IMG/VR virus record: IMGVR_UViG_2917891409_000001
Span: 1-49,062 of that record
From: a virus
Lineage: Duplodnaviria > Heunggongvirae > Uroviricota > Caudoviricetes
Length of the DNA: 49,062 nt
Reading direction: 5' to 3' (one strand)
The notes below the pieces were generated by a model. The model did not search any database. It saw nothing but the letters and a program-made list of their open reading frames with translations, and was not told the DNA's origin. Shown here in pieces: positions 1 to 9,077 of this stretch. Position numbers and translations under genes: made by a program. Position 1 is the stretch's first letter; every line of letters begins with the position of its first letter.

Positions 1-654
1 ATGAAGTGGGGTATGTATTTATTCTTTTTATCATTATTGCAGATTCTATTTCTGATAAAAATGAAGTCTTTATCTAAAGCGTGTAAAATTGAAAATAGCT
101 ATTTAGTTATGCAGCCGGTATCTTTACCTATAAAAATTTTCACCAGCAGTTTGTGTATAATGGCATTTTCATTTTTTATCGGTTTTATTCGCAATTGTCA
201 AGTCGTAACTGAAAATAATATACACTTTTTAACAGGTATGGATAATCTGATGGCATGGTTGCTTGGAAGTGGATTAATGGTTGGCATTAGTGGTTTGCTA
301 ATACCCTATTTTTTTATCAAAGCTATCGAAATTTCAGACAAAGGGATTGTGATTGAAAATGTGGATGTCCCATACTCATTAAAAAAATTTTCTGCAGGAA
401 ATAACGTCAGGGTATTTATTCAGTTTTATTTGAAAGGGAAAAAATATGTTTATGCGACGACCAGCAAAAATGAACTGGAGTGGGAGACTAAAGCGGAAGG
501 GATAAATTTTCCTGAAACAGATGCTAAAAAAAGATTAATTAGTGTATTGGAGCGAAATAAGAAAAACGCTAAAGTTATTTTCTTTCCGTTATCGATAAAA
601 ATTGCAGCGGTTTTATTTGTCATGATGTTAATATTGACTTTCATGACTTTATAA
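1..654 (+). CDS. hypothetical membrane protein, AT-rich gene (possibly truncated at window start)
   Basis: 217-codon ORF in very AT-rich DNA, hydrophobic segments; converges on ybhC; no recognised homolog. Confidence 0.4.
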   Translation: MKWGMYLFFLSLLQILFLIKMKSLSKACKIENSYLVMQPVSLPIKIFTSSLCIMAFSFFIGFIRNCQVVTENNIHFLTGMDNLMAWLLGSGLMVGISGLLIPYFFIKAIEISDKGIVIENVDVPYSLKKFSAGNNVRVFIQFYLKGKKYVYATTSKNELEWETKAEGINFPETDAKKRLISVLERNKKNAKVIFFPLSIKIAAVLFVMMLILTFMTL

Positions 655-701
655 TTCCGGATGAGATGTATACACATCACCATCCGGTAATTTTAAACGT
701 A

Positions 702-1985
702 TTACTTCTTCGCTTCTGCAACCACTTTGCTACCCACGCCGCGGTTATTGTATTCCCACATGCGGTTGTAGTTAGTGTCATTCAGATTGCGCTGTACTTC
801 GTCGCTATCGTCAACGCTGCCGGTATTACCCGCAAATGGACGATTGGAAATCACCGCATCGGCCCACGGTTTAGCCGTGTTAAAACCTTCGTTGATGGCG
901 CTATCACGGATCACCACCTGACCGTTGGTATTGGCATCAACATCCAGCGAGCGGCCCAGTTGCGCCACGCCATCACCGGAAGCATTGAAACGGCTGTTTA
1001 CGGCGAGGAAACCGTAATAGATGTTAGACAGTGTAGCCGGTGCAAACACGTACGCTTCTTGCTGGGTACGGGAGTTCACCACGCGGAATTCGGTGTTATC
1101 GAACACCACCGCGCCGCGACCAGAAACGATATCCACATCCCCTTCAATGTAGCTATTCGTCACCAGAGTACGCGGTTGACGATTGGTTTCCAGACGGTTT
1201 TGCACACCACTGTTGGTGACAAAGAAGGTGTTCTGACGACCGAGAATGTTGACGTTATTGATCTGCACTTTGTCGCCATCAGTACGCAGCGCCACCGCCG
1301 GATGGTTACCCGCATCTACGCTATCGCCCAGCGTGTTTTCGATGGTTAGGTTTTGCAGTTGCAGGCCATTGTTTTGTGACCAGAAAACCGCAGAACAGAG
1401 CACGCCAATACTGTCGCTGCGTTTGCTCTGGCAGCTATCGTACATGTACCACGCTGGTTTACCTGGCATATATTTGCCGCGCGGGTTGACGTCGTGACGC
1501 CAGTCGGCAGGGCTCATGCTCCCATCAAGGGAAAGCCCAATCTTCACATCAATCGGTTTTTCACCTGTACCGTACAGAGTAATTCCACCCGGAGCGGCAG
1601 GGACATAGACCGTGCCTTCATACTCACCAGGCATCACGGCAATATACTGGCGCTTGTTGGTACGCTTGATAATTGCCGCATCCACCGCTGCCTGAATCGT
1701 GGTATGCGTTACACCTTGGGTACCCGCCGGGCCGACAACAAAGTCAGGTTGCGCAGGCAGGGTAATCGGGGAAGGATTCCACGCTGCAGCACCTGGTGTC
1801 AGGGATGCAAAATAGTGTTGAGCATCGAAATTCTGCGCTTCTTTTGCCGACAGAATCGGGCGAGAAGAGGTACCAGGCGCGGTTTGATCAGAAGGACGTT
1901 GATCGGGCGGTGTTGAGCTACAGGCGGTCAGCGTCACGCCAAAAGCCAGTGCCAGCGCCAGACGGGAAACTGAAAATGTGTTCAC
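702..1985 (-). CDS. ybhC: YbhC, pectinesterase-family outer-membrane lipoprotein / putative acyl-CoA thioesterase
   Basis: 427 aa; N-terminal lipoprotein signal (LTAC); sequence recalled as E. coli YbhC, which flanks att-lambda. Confidence 0.9.
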   Translation of the reverse strand: MNTFSVSRLALALAFGVTLTACSSTPPDQRPSDQTAPGTSSRPILSAKEAQNFDAQHYFASLTPGAAAWNPSPITLPAQPDFVVGPAGTQGVTHTTIQAAVDAAIIKRTNKRQYIAVMPGEYEGTVYVPAAPGGITLYGTGEKPIDVKIGLSLDGSMSPADWRHDVNPRGKYMPGKPAWYMYDSCQSKRSDSIGVLCSAVFWSQNNGLQLQNLTIENTLGDSVDAGNHPAVALRTDGDKVQINNVNILGRQNTFFVTNSGVQNRLETNRQPRTLVTNSYIEGDVDIVSGRGAVVFDNTEFRVVNSRTQQEAYVFAPATLSNIYYGFLAVNSRFNASGDGVAQLGRSLDVDANTNGQVVIRDSAINEGFNTAKPWADAVISNRPFAGNTGSVDDSDEVQRNLNDTNYNRMWEYNNRGVGSKVVAEAKK

Positions 1986-2032
1986 AGGTTGCTCCGGGCT
2001 TTAAAATGGAAAAAATGAATCCGTTGAAGCCT

Positions 2033-2047
2033 GCTTTTTTATACTAA
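2033..2047. other. attL: attL core (lambda-type 15-bp common core GCTTTTTTATACTAA)
   Basis: exact core sequence followed by the lambda P' arm sequence. Confidence 0.85.
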
Positions 2048-2290
2048 GTTGGCATTATAAAAAAGCATTGCTTATCAATTTGTTGCAACGAACAGGTCAC
2101 TATCAGTCAAAATAAAATCATTATTTGATTTCAATTTTGTCCCACTCCCTGCCTCTGTCATCACGATACTGTGATGCCATGGTGTCCGACTTATGCCCGA
2201 GAAGATGTTGAGCAAATTTATCGCTTATCTGCTTCTCATAGAGTCTTGCAGACAAACTGCGCAACTCGTGAAAGGTTGGCGGATCCCCTT
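2048..2290. promoter_or_regulatory. attL P' arm (Int arm-type and IHF site region)
   Basis: sequence GTTGGCATTATAAAAAAGCATTGCTTATCAATTTGTTGCAACGAACAGGTCACTATCAGTCAAAATAAAATCATTATTTGATTTC matches recalled lambda attP P' arm. Confidence 0.7.
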
Positions 2291-3191
2291 CGAAGGAAAG
2301 ACCTGATGCTTTTCGTGCGCGCATAAAATACCTTGATACTGTGCCGGATGAAAGCGGTTCACGACGAGTAGATGCAATTATGGTTTCTCCGCCAAGAATC
2401 TCTTTGCATTTATCAAGTGTTTCCTTCATTGATATCCCGAGAGCATCAACATGCAATGTTGTAGGGATGGCAATTTTTACGCCTGTTTTGCTTTGCTCGA
2501 CATAAAGATATCCATCTACGATATCAGACCACTTCATTTCGCATAAATCACCAACTCGCTGCCCGGTAACAACAGCCAGTTCCATTGCAAGTCTGAGCCA
2601 ACATGGTGATGATTCTGCTGCTTGATAAATTTTCAGGTATTCGTCAGCCGTAAGTCTTGATCTCCTTACCTCTGATTTTGCTGCGCGAGTGGCAGCGACC
2701 GGGTTTGTTGTTATATGGCCTTCAGCTATTGCCTCTCGGAATGCATCGCTCAGTGTTGATCTGATTAACTTGGCTGACGCCGCCTTGCCCTCGTCTATGT
2801 ATCCATTGAGCATTGCCGCAATTTCTTTTGTGGTGATGTCTTCAAGTGGAGCATCAGGCAGACCCCTCCTTATTGCTTTAATTTTGCTCATGTAATTTAT
2901 GAGAGTCTTCTGCTTGATTCCTCTGCTGGCGAGGATTTTTTCGTAGCGATCAAGCCATGAATGTAACGTAACAGAATTATCACTGTTGATTCTCGCTGTC
3001 AGAGGCTTGTGTTTGTGTCCTGAAAATAACTCAATGTTGGCCTGTATAGCTTCAGTGATTGCTATCCTCCTGTCTCGGCCTAATCCAAACTCTTTACCCG
3101 TCCTTGGATCCCTGTAGCAGTAATATCCATTGTTTCTTATATAAAGATTAGGGGGTAAATCCCGGCGCTCATGACTTCGCCTTCTTCCCAT
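2121..3191 (-). CDS. int: lambda-type integrase (tyrosine recombinase)
   Basis: 356 aa, MGRRRSHERRDLPPNLYIRNNGYYCYRDPRTGKEFGLG... as in lambda Int; overlaps xis. Confidence 0.95.
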   Translation of the reverse strand: MGRRRSHERRDLPPNLYIRNNGYYCYRDPRTGKEFGLGRDRRIAITEAIQANIELFSGHKHKPLTARINSDNSVTLHSWLDRYEKILASRGIKQKTLINYMSKIKAIRRGLPDAPLEDITTKEIAAMLNGYIDEGKAASAKLIRSTLSDAFREAIAEGHITTNPVAATRAAKSEVRRSRLTADEYLKIYQAAESSPCWLRLAMELAVVTGQRVGDLCEMKWSDIVDGYLYVEQSKTGVKIAIPTTLHVDALGISMKETLDKCKEILGGETIIASTRREPLSSGTVSRYFMRARKASGLSFEGDPPTFHELRSLSARLYEKQISDKFAQHLLGHKSDTMASQYRDDRGREWDKIEIK

Positions 3192-3387
3192 TTTTGATCC
3201 TCTTCAAAAGGCTACCTGTTACTGGTCGATTTAAGTCAACCTTTACCGCTGATTCGTGGAACAAATACTCTCTTCCGTCCTTAATCGGTGGTGGGAATAT
3301 CCTGCACTCGCGTACCCATCGACGAACTGTTTCAAGGCTTCTTGGGCGCCGCTGGCGTGCGTTCCACTCCTGAAGTGTCAAGTACAT
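3169..3387 (-). CDS. xis: excisionase
   Basis: 72 aa, MYLTLQEWNARQRRPRSLETVRRWVRE... as in lambda Xis. Confidence 0.9.
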   Translation of the reverse strand: MYLTLQEWNARQRRPRSLETVRRWVRECRIFPPPIKDGREYLFHESAVKVDLNRPVTGSLLKRIKNGKKAKS

Positions 3388-3426
3388 CGCAAAGTCTCCG
3401 CAATTACACGCAAGAAAAAACCGCCA

Positions 3427-3594
3427 TCAGGCGGCTTGGTGTTCTTTCAGTTCTTCAATTCGAATATTGGTTACGTCTGCATGTGCTATCTGCGCCCATA
3501 TCATCCAGTGGTCATAGCAGTCATTGATGTTCTCTGCTTCGATAACTCTGTTGAATAGTTCTCCATTCCATTCACCTGTGACTCGGAAGTGCAT
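3427..3594 (-). CDS. small hypothetical protein (55 aa) downstream of xis
   Basis: own translation MHFRVTGEWNGELFNRVIEAENINDCYDHW...; below ORF-track length cutoff. Confidence 0.4.
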   Translation of the reverse strand: MHFRVTGEWNGELFNRVIEAENINDCYDHWMIWAQIAHADVTNIRIEELKEHQAA

Positions 3595-3677
3595 TTATCA
3601 TCTCCATAAAACAAAACTCGCCGTAGCGAGTTCAGATATAATTTCCACCAAAGGCAGTAGTTGCTTGATGCTAAGAA

Positions 3678-4106
3678 TTATTCAATATCTATTCCTGTAA
3701 TATCTTTTATCTTTTTCCTTGCAAAGCCTTTTGCTAGTGATTTTGAAACACTCATAAGTGTACTAATTCCCTCATCCTTAAAGTTTGTTTTTATAGCTTG
3801 CCAGACCTCCTTTTGACGTAAGTCAGCAATAAAGTCATGCCCTCTTGCTGTCAACCTCAGTGGTACTTCGATCCAACTATATCCAACACCTTCCCCTAAC
3901 GCTTTGGACATTATATGACCGAACCCAGGTTTTCCATCAACCCTGACTATTAATTCGTAGTCACATAATAATCGCATATGGAAAATAAAATTTTGGTCAT
4001 ATCTATTAAAGCCATTATCCTCTAGTTCACTAAGCATCGTGTCAGGGCCATGAGTTTTTTCGAATGCGATAAGTAGATCTTTTAGATATTGCTGGTCTAA
4101 TTTCAT
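3678..4106 (-). CDS. hypothetical protein (142 aa), accessory gene in pL operon
   Basis: ORF in AT-rich segment, no recognised motif. Confidence 0.5.
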   Translation of the reverse strand: MKLDQQYLKDLLIAFEKTHGPDTMLSELEDNGFNRYDQNFIFHMRLLCDYELIVRVDGKPGFGHIMSKALGEGVGYSWIEVPLRLTARGHDFIADLRQKEVWQAIKTNFKDEGISTLMSVSKSLAKGFARKKIKDITGIDIE

Positions 4107-4134
4107 TGCCGCCTCCGTGACATGTCACAGAGAT

Positions 4135-4473
4135 TTATATCATTAATTTTGTTTCGTGCCAGCCTTTGGTCACCCAGCATTGTGAGTCACCATTACACGG
4201 GCATGAATTAACAGGAACTCTCTCGCCGCACTTACCGCAACGTTTTCTGCTGATCGATTTTATACGCCAGCGCACACGTGCATCATCTTGGCGGCTCAGT
4301 AACGCGATGTACTCACCAAACTCGTAAGGCGCACGCCTGAAGCGACGCGTGGCACAGTTACGCTCCAGCATTTCAATTTCCTGAGCATCAAGTACAAGCT
4401 CCAGCTTACGCATACCGGATGATGCTTGCTTGGCCCTCTGATCGGCTTTGCGCTCTGCTGCTGATTTAGCCAT
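4135..4473 (-). CDS. hypothetical protein with C-terminal Cys-rich (zinc-ribbon-like) motif
   Basis: 112 aa; CGKCGERVPVNSCPCNGDSQC near C-terminus. Confidence 0.5.
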   Translation of the reverse strand: MAKSAAERKADQRAKQASSGMRKLELVLDAQEIEMLERNCATRRFRRAPYEFGEYIALLSRQDDARVRWRIKSISRKRCGKCGERVPVNSCPCNGDSQCWVTKGWHETKLMI

Positions 4474-4690
4474 TCTGCTTTTCCTGCATCAGGAGAAAGA
4501 CAATCATAGCGGCGCGGATGCTTCCGATATCTCTTTATGCGATAAGCACATACAAGCAGCGAACCATCAACTGGAGTGAGTGAGGAATCGACCACAAGCA
4601 ACGCCCCTTGCAATATGCCTTCGCGGTAATGGCTGTCACCCGCGGAACAATTTATCTGCTGGCTGCATGAAAAGCCAGCAATACAACTTT

Positions 4691-4722
4691 TGCTGACTTT
4701 CCACCGTTAACGCGACACAACC
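4691..4722. repeat. 32-bp perfect inverted repeat, left copy (partner at 5681-5712)
   Basis: TGCTGACTTTCCACCGTTAACGCGACACAACC; exact reverse complement at 5681-5712. Confidence 0.85.
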
Positions 4723-4809
4723 TTTGTTCCTGAGCTTCACGTTGCAGAGCCGATAATCTCCGTCTCTTTAAATTAAAAAGACGGAGACTATTAAAAACTC
4801 ATTAAAACA

Positions 4810-5454
4810 TCAGGAAACAACAGATTCCCCGTAAAACGCTACAGCCTGTGCAGACTGGGAGTCCATATCATCATGGAGATCTCTGGAGTATGGGAGGGAG
4901 TTGACTGTCGATATAAATATACTGTCATTTTCTAAAGTGAAAATTTCTGATTCGAGACTACCAATATCACCACGTACAGGATTAGTCCACCCACTAAACA
5001 GTAAAAATCCCCATTCCTGAAAAAGCCCGGAATTCACTTCACGTTTTACATCATGAAACATTTCTCCCGTCAGTTCATCGAAAGGGACATTATTGATATC
5101 GCGTCGTGCCGGGACAGTCCCTTTTTTATCCTCAATCCAAAACAATGCATCGTAAAATCTGTCCGACGTTGCGGTACGAGGTTTAAAGAAGCGATAAGGT
5201 TTAATTAAATAAGATGACACATTTTTCCCTGTGGCTTTATCCTTCGCAAAAATAACAAATGTTTTACCAATGCAACTTTCATCAATATCATTTGAAAATG
5301 ACACCACGCCGTCCTGATTTACAGTCAGCGAATTGTCTCCCGCATTGGTGACAACACTCCAGTCCAACGTATTATTATTGACAACATCATTGTCAACCAC
5401 CATCTGAAATGTCGCACCTGGAAATAATGTTTTCGGGAATGAACCATTAGCCAT
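4810..5454 (-). CDS. hypothetical protein, paralog A of a 3-member family (possible Ig-like N-terminal domain)
   Basis: 214 aa; shares SLFPGATF..VIDND.....G.V.F........GK.FVIFA.DK and C-terminal AQAVA.YGES with ORFs at 17817-18536 and 20319-20999. Confidence 0.6.
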   Translation of the reverse strand: MANGSFPKTLFPGATFQMVVDNDVVNNNTLDWSVVTNAGDNSLTVNQDGVVSFSNDIDESCIGKTFVIFAKDKATGKNVSSYLIKPYRFFKPRTATSDRFYDALFWIEDKKGTVPARRDINNVPFDELTGEMFHDVKREVNSGLFQEWGFLLFSGWTNPVRGDIGSLESEIFTLENDSIFISTVNSLPYSRDLHDDMDSQSAQAVAFYGESVVS

Positions 5455-5680
5455 GTCTTTTTTTTATATCGAACACATGGTGGCTCACTAGAACACCGGT
5501 AATTTTTGGCATAAAAAACTCCTTATTTGTTTAATTGAAATGCGATCAATAAATTCGATCACCAAAGAGATATTATTACTTTCACAAGAATAAATGTTGT
5601 TATTTGTTTATTATAAAACAATCATCACCCAGAAAAGAAAAAGATGCAGCTCGTTAACAAAAACCTTTGTGGCATATTAA

Positions 5681-5712
5681 GGTTGTGTCGCGTTAACGGT
5701 GGAAAGTCAGCA
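5681..5712. repeat. 32-bp perfect inverted repeat, right copy
   Basis: reverse complement of 4691-4722. Confidence 0.85.
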
Positions 5713-5926
5713 GATAAAATTGTTCTGTGGGTGACAATCCATCACCCTGAGGATGCTGATATTGCCCCTTGCGCATCATGTGGATTAATTCAACGCCGGC
5801 CAGTATCGTAGCCGTTCCATGAAATAGGTGTGCAAGTTCTCCGGTTGCTCACGGGCTACCTGTTCTGCAATTACCGGTATATTCATCCGCTCTTTGTAGG
5901 CAACGCCGCTGGCGGCCAGGTCAACG

Positions 5927-5962
5927 TTGAAGTGGTCAACCAAAACTGGCCACCGAGTTAGA
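5927..5962. mobile_element. solo IS3-family terminal inverted-repeat-like sequence (remnant)
   Basis: TGAAGTGGTCAACCAAAACTGGCCACCGAGTTAGAG closely resembles the IS end at 48695 (TGTAGTGGTCAAGTAATATTGGCCACGG); no transposase adjacent. Confidence 0.4.
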
Positions 5963-5968
5963 GTTTTT

Positions 5969-6451
5969 TCAGTTGTCGCGTATATCAGATGCAAGCGACT
6001 GTTCGGATTTTGAGTTACATTTCTGTGCAAACATCTCCACCCCCTGCGCCCGTACTTCAGCCAGGCATTTGCGGAACTCGGAAACGTACTGCTCAACGCT
6101 CATTCCCCAGCTAAGTGGGCATTCGTTGAATGTTTCGCCTTCGTGTTCTTCATCAGGTAGCTCTTTGGTAAAGAACTCACGCTCAATGGCGTGGAGTGTG
6201 TCAGCAAAACGGCGTAAATTACTCAAACCTACCGCAATGGAGAATTCAGGAGCATCACATCCGACGCCCATCTGCTGATATACGGTGGTTTTGAAGGCCT
6301 TAAGCCCAGCATTTTCAGCCGCCAGAGCCTCGCATTTAGCTTCAAGTTCACCGAATTTACGAACAAGATATTCAGCGTTTGTTTCGTTAACCTTTAAATC
6401 ACGTGGTATGCATTTACCTTTCAGAAAACCATCCATCTCAATTAGTGTCAT
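5969..6451 (-). CDS. hypothetical protein (160 aa)
   Basis: ORF in leftward operon; stop overlaps next gene start region. Confidence 0.5.
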   Translation of the reverse strand: MTLIEMDGFLKGKCIPRDLKVNETNAEYLVRKFGELEAKCEALAAENAGLKAFKTTVYQQMGVGCDAPEFSIAVGLSNLRRFADTLHAIEREFFTKELPDEEHEGETFNECPLSWGMSVEQYVSEFRKCLAEVRAQGVEMFAQKCNSKSEQSLASDIRDN

Positions 6452-6657
6452 TTGTTAATCCTCAAAACTTTATGCCCGGGCGCAAAAGCACGCGTTTTGT
6501 CTTTGCTTATTCGCCACCCGTCTGTACGGGCCTCTTTTGCACAGCCAGCCCATGACGTACCGATATACTCACCGAAGTCTGGCGACTTATATTTACCATC
6601 TGTACACTGGCGACAATCACAATAGAGATGCATGGTGTAACTTGCGGCAATAGCCAT
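6448..6657 (-). CDS. hypothetical small Cys-containing protein (69 aa)
   Basis: ORF preceded by AGGAGA Shine-Dalgarno-like sequence. Confidence 0.45.
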   Translation of the reverse strand: MAIAASYTMHLYCDCRQCTDGKYKSPDFGEYIGTSWAGCAKEARTDGWRISKDKTRAFAPGHKVLRINK

Positions 6658-6668
6658 ATCAGTCTCCT

Positions 6669-6848
6669 TTAGTGCGCAAGTGGTTTTTCCAGCGGTTTTG
6701 CGCCGTGCTGGGCTTTTTGCAACAACTGTGACCCATCACCCCCAAAAACCCCCGTCAACCTCAACCGTCTGTTACTAATCCTCACCCACCGCCAGACATC
6801 AAAGCCGTTTCTGCGAGCTAACAGAATTTTTGCCTTACGGTTTTTCAT
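6669..6848 (-). CDS. small hypothetical basic protein (59 aa, MKNRKAK...)
   Basis: own translation; start sequence duplicated at 7017. Confidence 0.35.
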   Translation of the reverse strand: MKNRKAKILLARRNGFDVWRWVRISNRRLRLTGVFGGDGSQLLQKAQHGAKPLEKPLAH

Positions 6849-7017
6849 CTTACTGCGTACCCTTTCTTCCGCCTGTTCTGTGACGCGGTAGGCTTACGCT
6901 TTGCGGCAAAAGCCACCTGACCAAATGGATGGAGTACCGCTATCTTATGGTTGCTAATAACCAGCTCCACCACACGCACAGGTCGCTGTAAAAAAAAGTC
7001 GTTTTGCCTTACGGTTT
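6845..7017 (-). pseudogene. small ORF (MKNRKAK... paralog) interrupted at an A8 run (6990-6997)
   Basis: as written it stops after 22 codons; removing one A gives a 58-aa ORF whose TGA overlaps the next ATG (ATGA coupling). Confidence 0.3.
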
Positions 7018-7191
7018 TTCATCGTTTTGCTCTCCTGCGTTTCTTTGCTGCACGTCGTGCAGCTGCAATACCTGTACGACGCTTCGGGGCCGTGATGCCG
7101 TTGCCATCAGTAAAACCATGCGGCTTTATGAGTGACTGTGACAGCCAAAAACGGATCGGATGTGGTAATAAGCCAACAAATGCCACCTGCA

Positions 7192-7755
7192 TTACGCACT
7201 CTCCTTGTGCAATTGCTTATTAACGTAATCCACAATTTCAGATGACAGTTCAAACGGCGATTTCATCGCATCAATATCCACGTTTCTGTCAATATGTCGG
7301 ATTAAATCGTTCAGGGTTTCAGCACGGATTCCAGATTCAGAAATGCTGTTTTTGCGGCGATCCTGAAGTTCAATCAGGAACTGCCGTAAGAGCGTCCACC
7401 ACTCGCTGTCTACAACCGGCGAACGCATACCCAGCATTTTGTCAGCATCGGCAATCAGCTTGGTCAGGTTCTTATCGCTTATTCTGGTTTGCTGGTTCGC
7501 TTTTGTTTCCAGTTCCGCAATGCGTTTTTTTGCTGCTCCCAGCTCAACTCGCAGTTTCCCAACCGTTAGCGCAATATCCTCGTTCTCCTGGTCGCGGCGT
7601 TTGATGTATTGCTGGTTTCTTTCCCGTTCATCCAGCAGTGCCAGCACAATCGATGGTGTTACCAGCTCATGGAAAAGGTCCGCATCAAATCCCCAGTCGT
7701 CATGCATTGCCTGCTCTGCCGCTTCACGCAGTGCCTGAGAGTTAATTTCGCTCAC
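7192..7755 (-). CDS. Ea22-like coiled-coil protein
   Basis: 187 aa, position and size as lambda ea22; identity by family resemblance only. Confidence 0.45.
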   Translation of the reverse strand: MSEINSQALREAAEQAMHDDWGFDADLFHELVTPSIVLALLDERERNQQYIKRRDQENEDIALTVGKLRVELGAAKKRIAELETKANQQTRISDKNLTKLIADADKMLGMRSPVVDSEWWTLLRQFLIELQDRRKNSISESGIRAETLNDLIRHIDRNVDIDAMKSPFELSSEIVDYVNKQLHKESA

Positions 7756-7974
7756 TTCGAACCTCTCTGTTTACTGATAAGCTCCAGATCCTCCTGGCAA
7801 CTTGCACAAGTCCGACAACCCTGAACGGCCAGGCGTCTTCGTTCATCTATGGGGTCGCCACACTCACAACAATGAGTGGCAGATATAGCCTGGTGGTTCA
7901 GACGACGCATTTTTTATTGCTGTATTGCGCTGTAATTCTTCGATTTCTGATGCTGAATCAATGATGTCTGCCAT
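7752..7974 (-). pseudogene. TraR/DksA-family C4 zinc-finger protein, apparent +1 frameshift in T6 run at 7910-7915
   Basis: N-terminal frame MADIIDSASEIEELQRNTAIK, second frame MRRLNHQAISATHCCECGDPIDERRRLAVQGCRTCASCQ...; one fewer T restores a 73-aa ORF. Confidence 0.5.
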
Positions 7975-8072
7975 CTTCCATTAATCCCTGAATTGTTGGT
8001 TAATACGCTTGAGGGTGAATGCGAATAATAAAAAAGGAGCCTGTAGCTCCCTGATGATTTTGCTTTTCATGT

Positions 8073-8288
8073 TCATCGCTCCTTAAAGACGCCGTTTAAC
8101 ATGCCGATCGCCAGGCTTAAATGAGTCGGTGTGAATCCCATCAGCGTTACCGTTTCGCGGTGCTTCTTCAGTACGCTACGGCAAATGTCATCGACGTTTT
8201 TATCCGGAAACTGCTGTCTGGCTTTTTTGATTTCAGAATTAGCCTGACGGGCAATGCTGCGAAGGGCGTTTTCCTGCTGAGGTGTCAT
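8073..8288 (-). CDS. hypothetical small protein (about 71 aa)
   Basis: internal ATG of 104-aa track ORF, avoiding overlap with upstream gene. Confidence 0.35.
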   Translation of the reverse strand: MTPQQENALRSIARQANSEIKKARQQFPDKNVDDICRSVLKKHRETVTLMGFTPTHLSLAIGMLNGVFKER

Positions 8289-8364
8289 TGAACAAGTCCC
8301 ATGTCGGCAAGCATAAGCACACAGAATATGAAGCCCGCTGCCAGAAAAATGCATTCCGTGGTTG

Positions 8365-8922
8365 TCATGCAGCCTCCCGACGGGCAAGAATCCTTGAGCC
8401 GAACGCCATCAACTCTCCACGATCAACGGTCGTAAAGTGGCAGTGTGTACGGGGGTATGGGTGCCAGATAATGAGCATCGAGCCTTTATTATTTCCACTG
8501 ACGGGTTTCCCGGTGAGTGGGTTAATAAATGCCAGTCGTCCTGCCGTGATGAATCTGACCTCACTGGCGGTTTGTATCGCTTCATGAAACCATCCGACAG
8601 ATGTGTCAGCAGGCAATAACATTACACATCCCACACTACTGAATTTGTTTTCAGTGGCTGCCTTTTTCACAAAAGGGGAAATATTGCTGTATGGTGGATT
8701 CAACCAGACATAACCAGAGGCATATCCCATTGCTTCAGGCCATGAAGTGGTTAATGTGTTCTGCTCCTGTGAGATAAAAAGCCGACATAGTCGGTTTTTT
8801 TCGCTGGCTGCAGCATCAAGTTGAAAAACGAACTCTGCATTAAGCGCAGCAAAAATCTCTGGTGGTGTGCGCCAGCTGTCGCGATGTTCGGCAGGAGTAT
8901 TGCTTCCGGTGAAATCAGTCAT
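8365..8922 (-). CDS. phage orphan DNA N6-adenine methyltransferase
   Basis: 185 aa with NPPY catalytic motif (WLNPPYS). Confidence 0.75.
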   Translation of the reverse strand: MTDFTGSNTPAEHRDSWRTPPEIFAALNAEFVFQLDAAASEKNRLCRLFISQEQNTLTTSWPEAMGYASGYVWLNPPYSNISPFVKKAATENKFSSVGCVMLLPADTSVGWFHEAIQTASEVRFITAGRLAFINPLTGKPVSGNNKGSMLIIWHPYPRTHCHFTTVDRGELMAFGSRILARREAA

Positions 8923-9077
8923 ACAGCCCCCCGTTTATTATTTATCTCCTCAGCCAGCCGCTGTGCTTTCAGGGGATTTCGGATAACAGAAAGGCCGGGA
9001 AATACCCAGCCTCGCTTTGTAACGGAGTAGACGAAAGTGATTGCGCCTACCCGGATATTATCGTGAGGATGCTTCAT
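8919..9077 (-). CDS. small hypothetical protein (52 aa)
   Basis: own translation; ATGA overlaps with exo stop and methyltransferase start. Confidence 0.35.
   Translation of the reverse strand: MKHPHDNIRVGAITFVYSVTKRGWVFPGLSVIRNPLKAQRLAEEINNKRGAV

Noticed and set aside
5785-6096. 103-aa minus-strand ORF
   Set aside because: Overlaps the 160-aa ORF in another frame and is largely encoded by the IS-end-like repeat; probably not a gene. A T6 run at 5965-5970 sits at the junction but does not resolve it.
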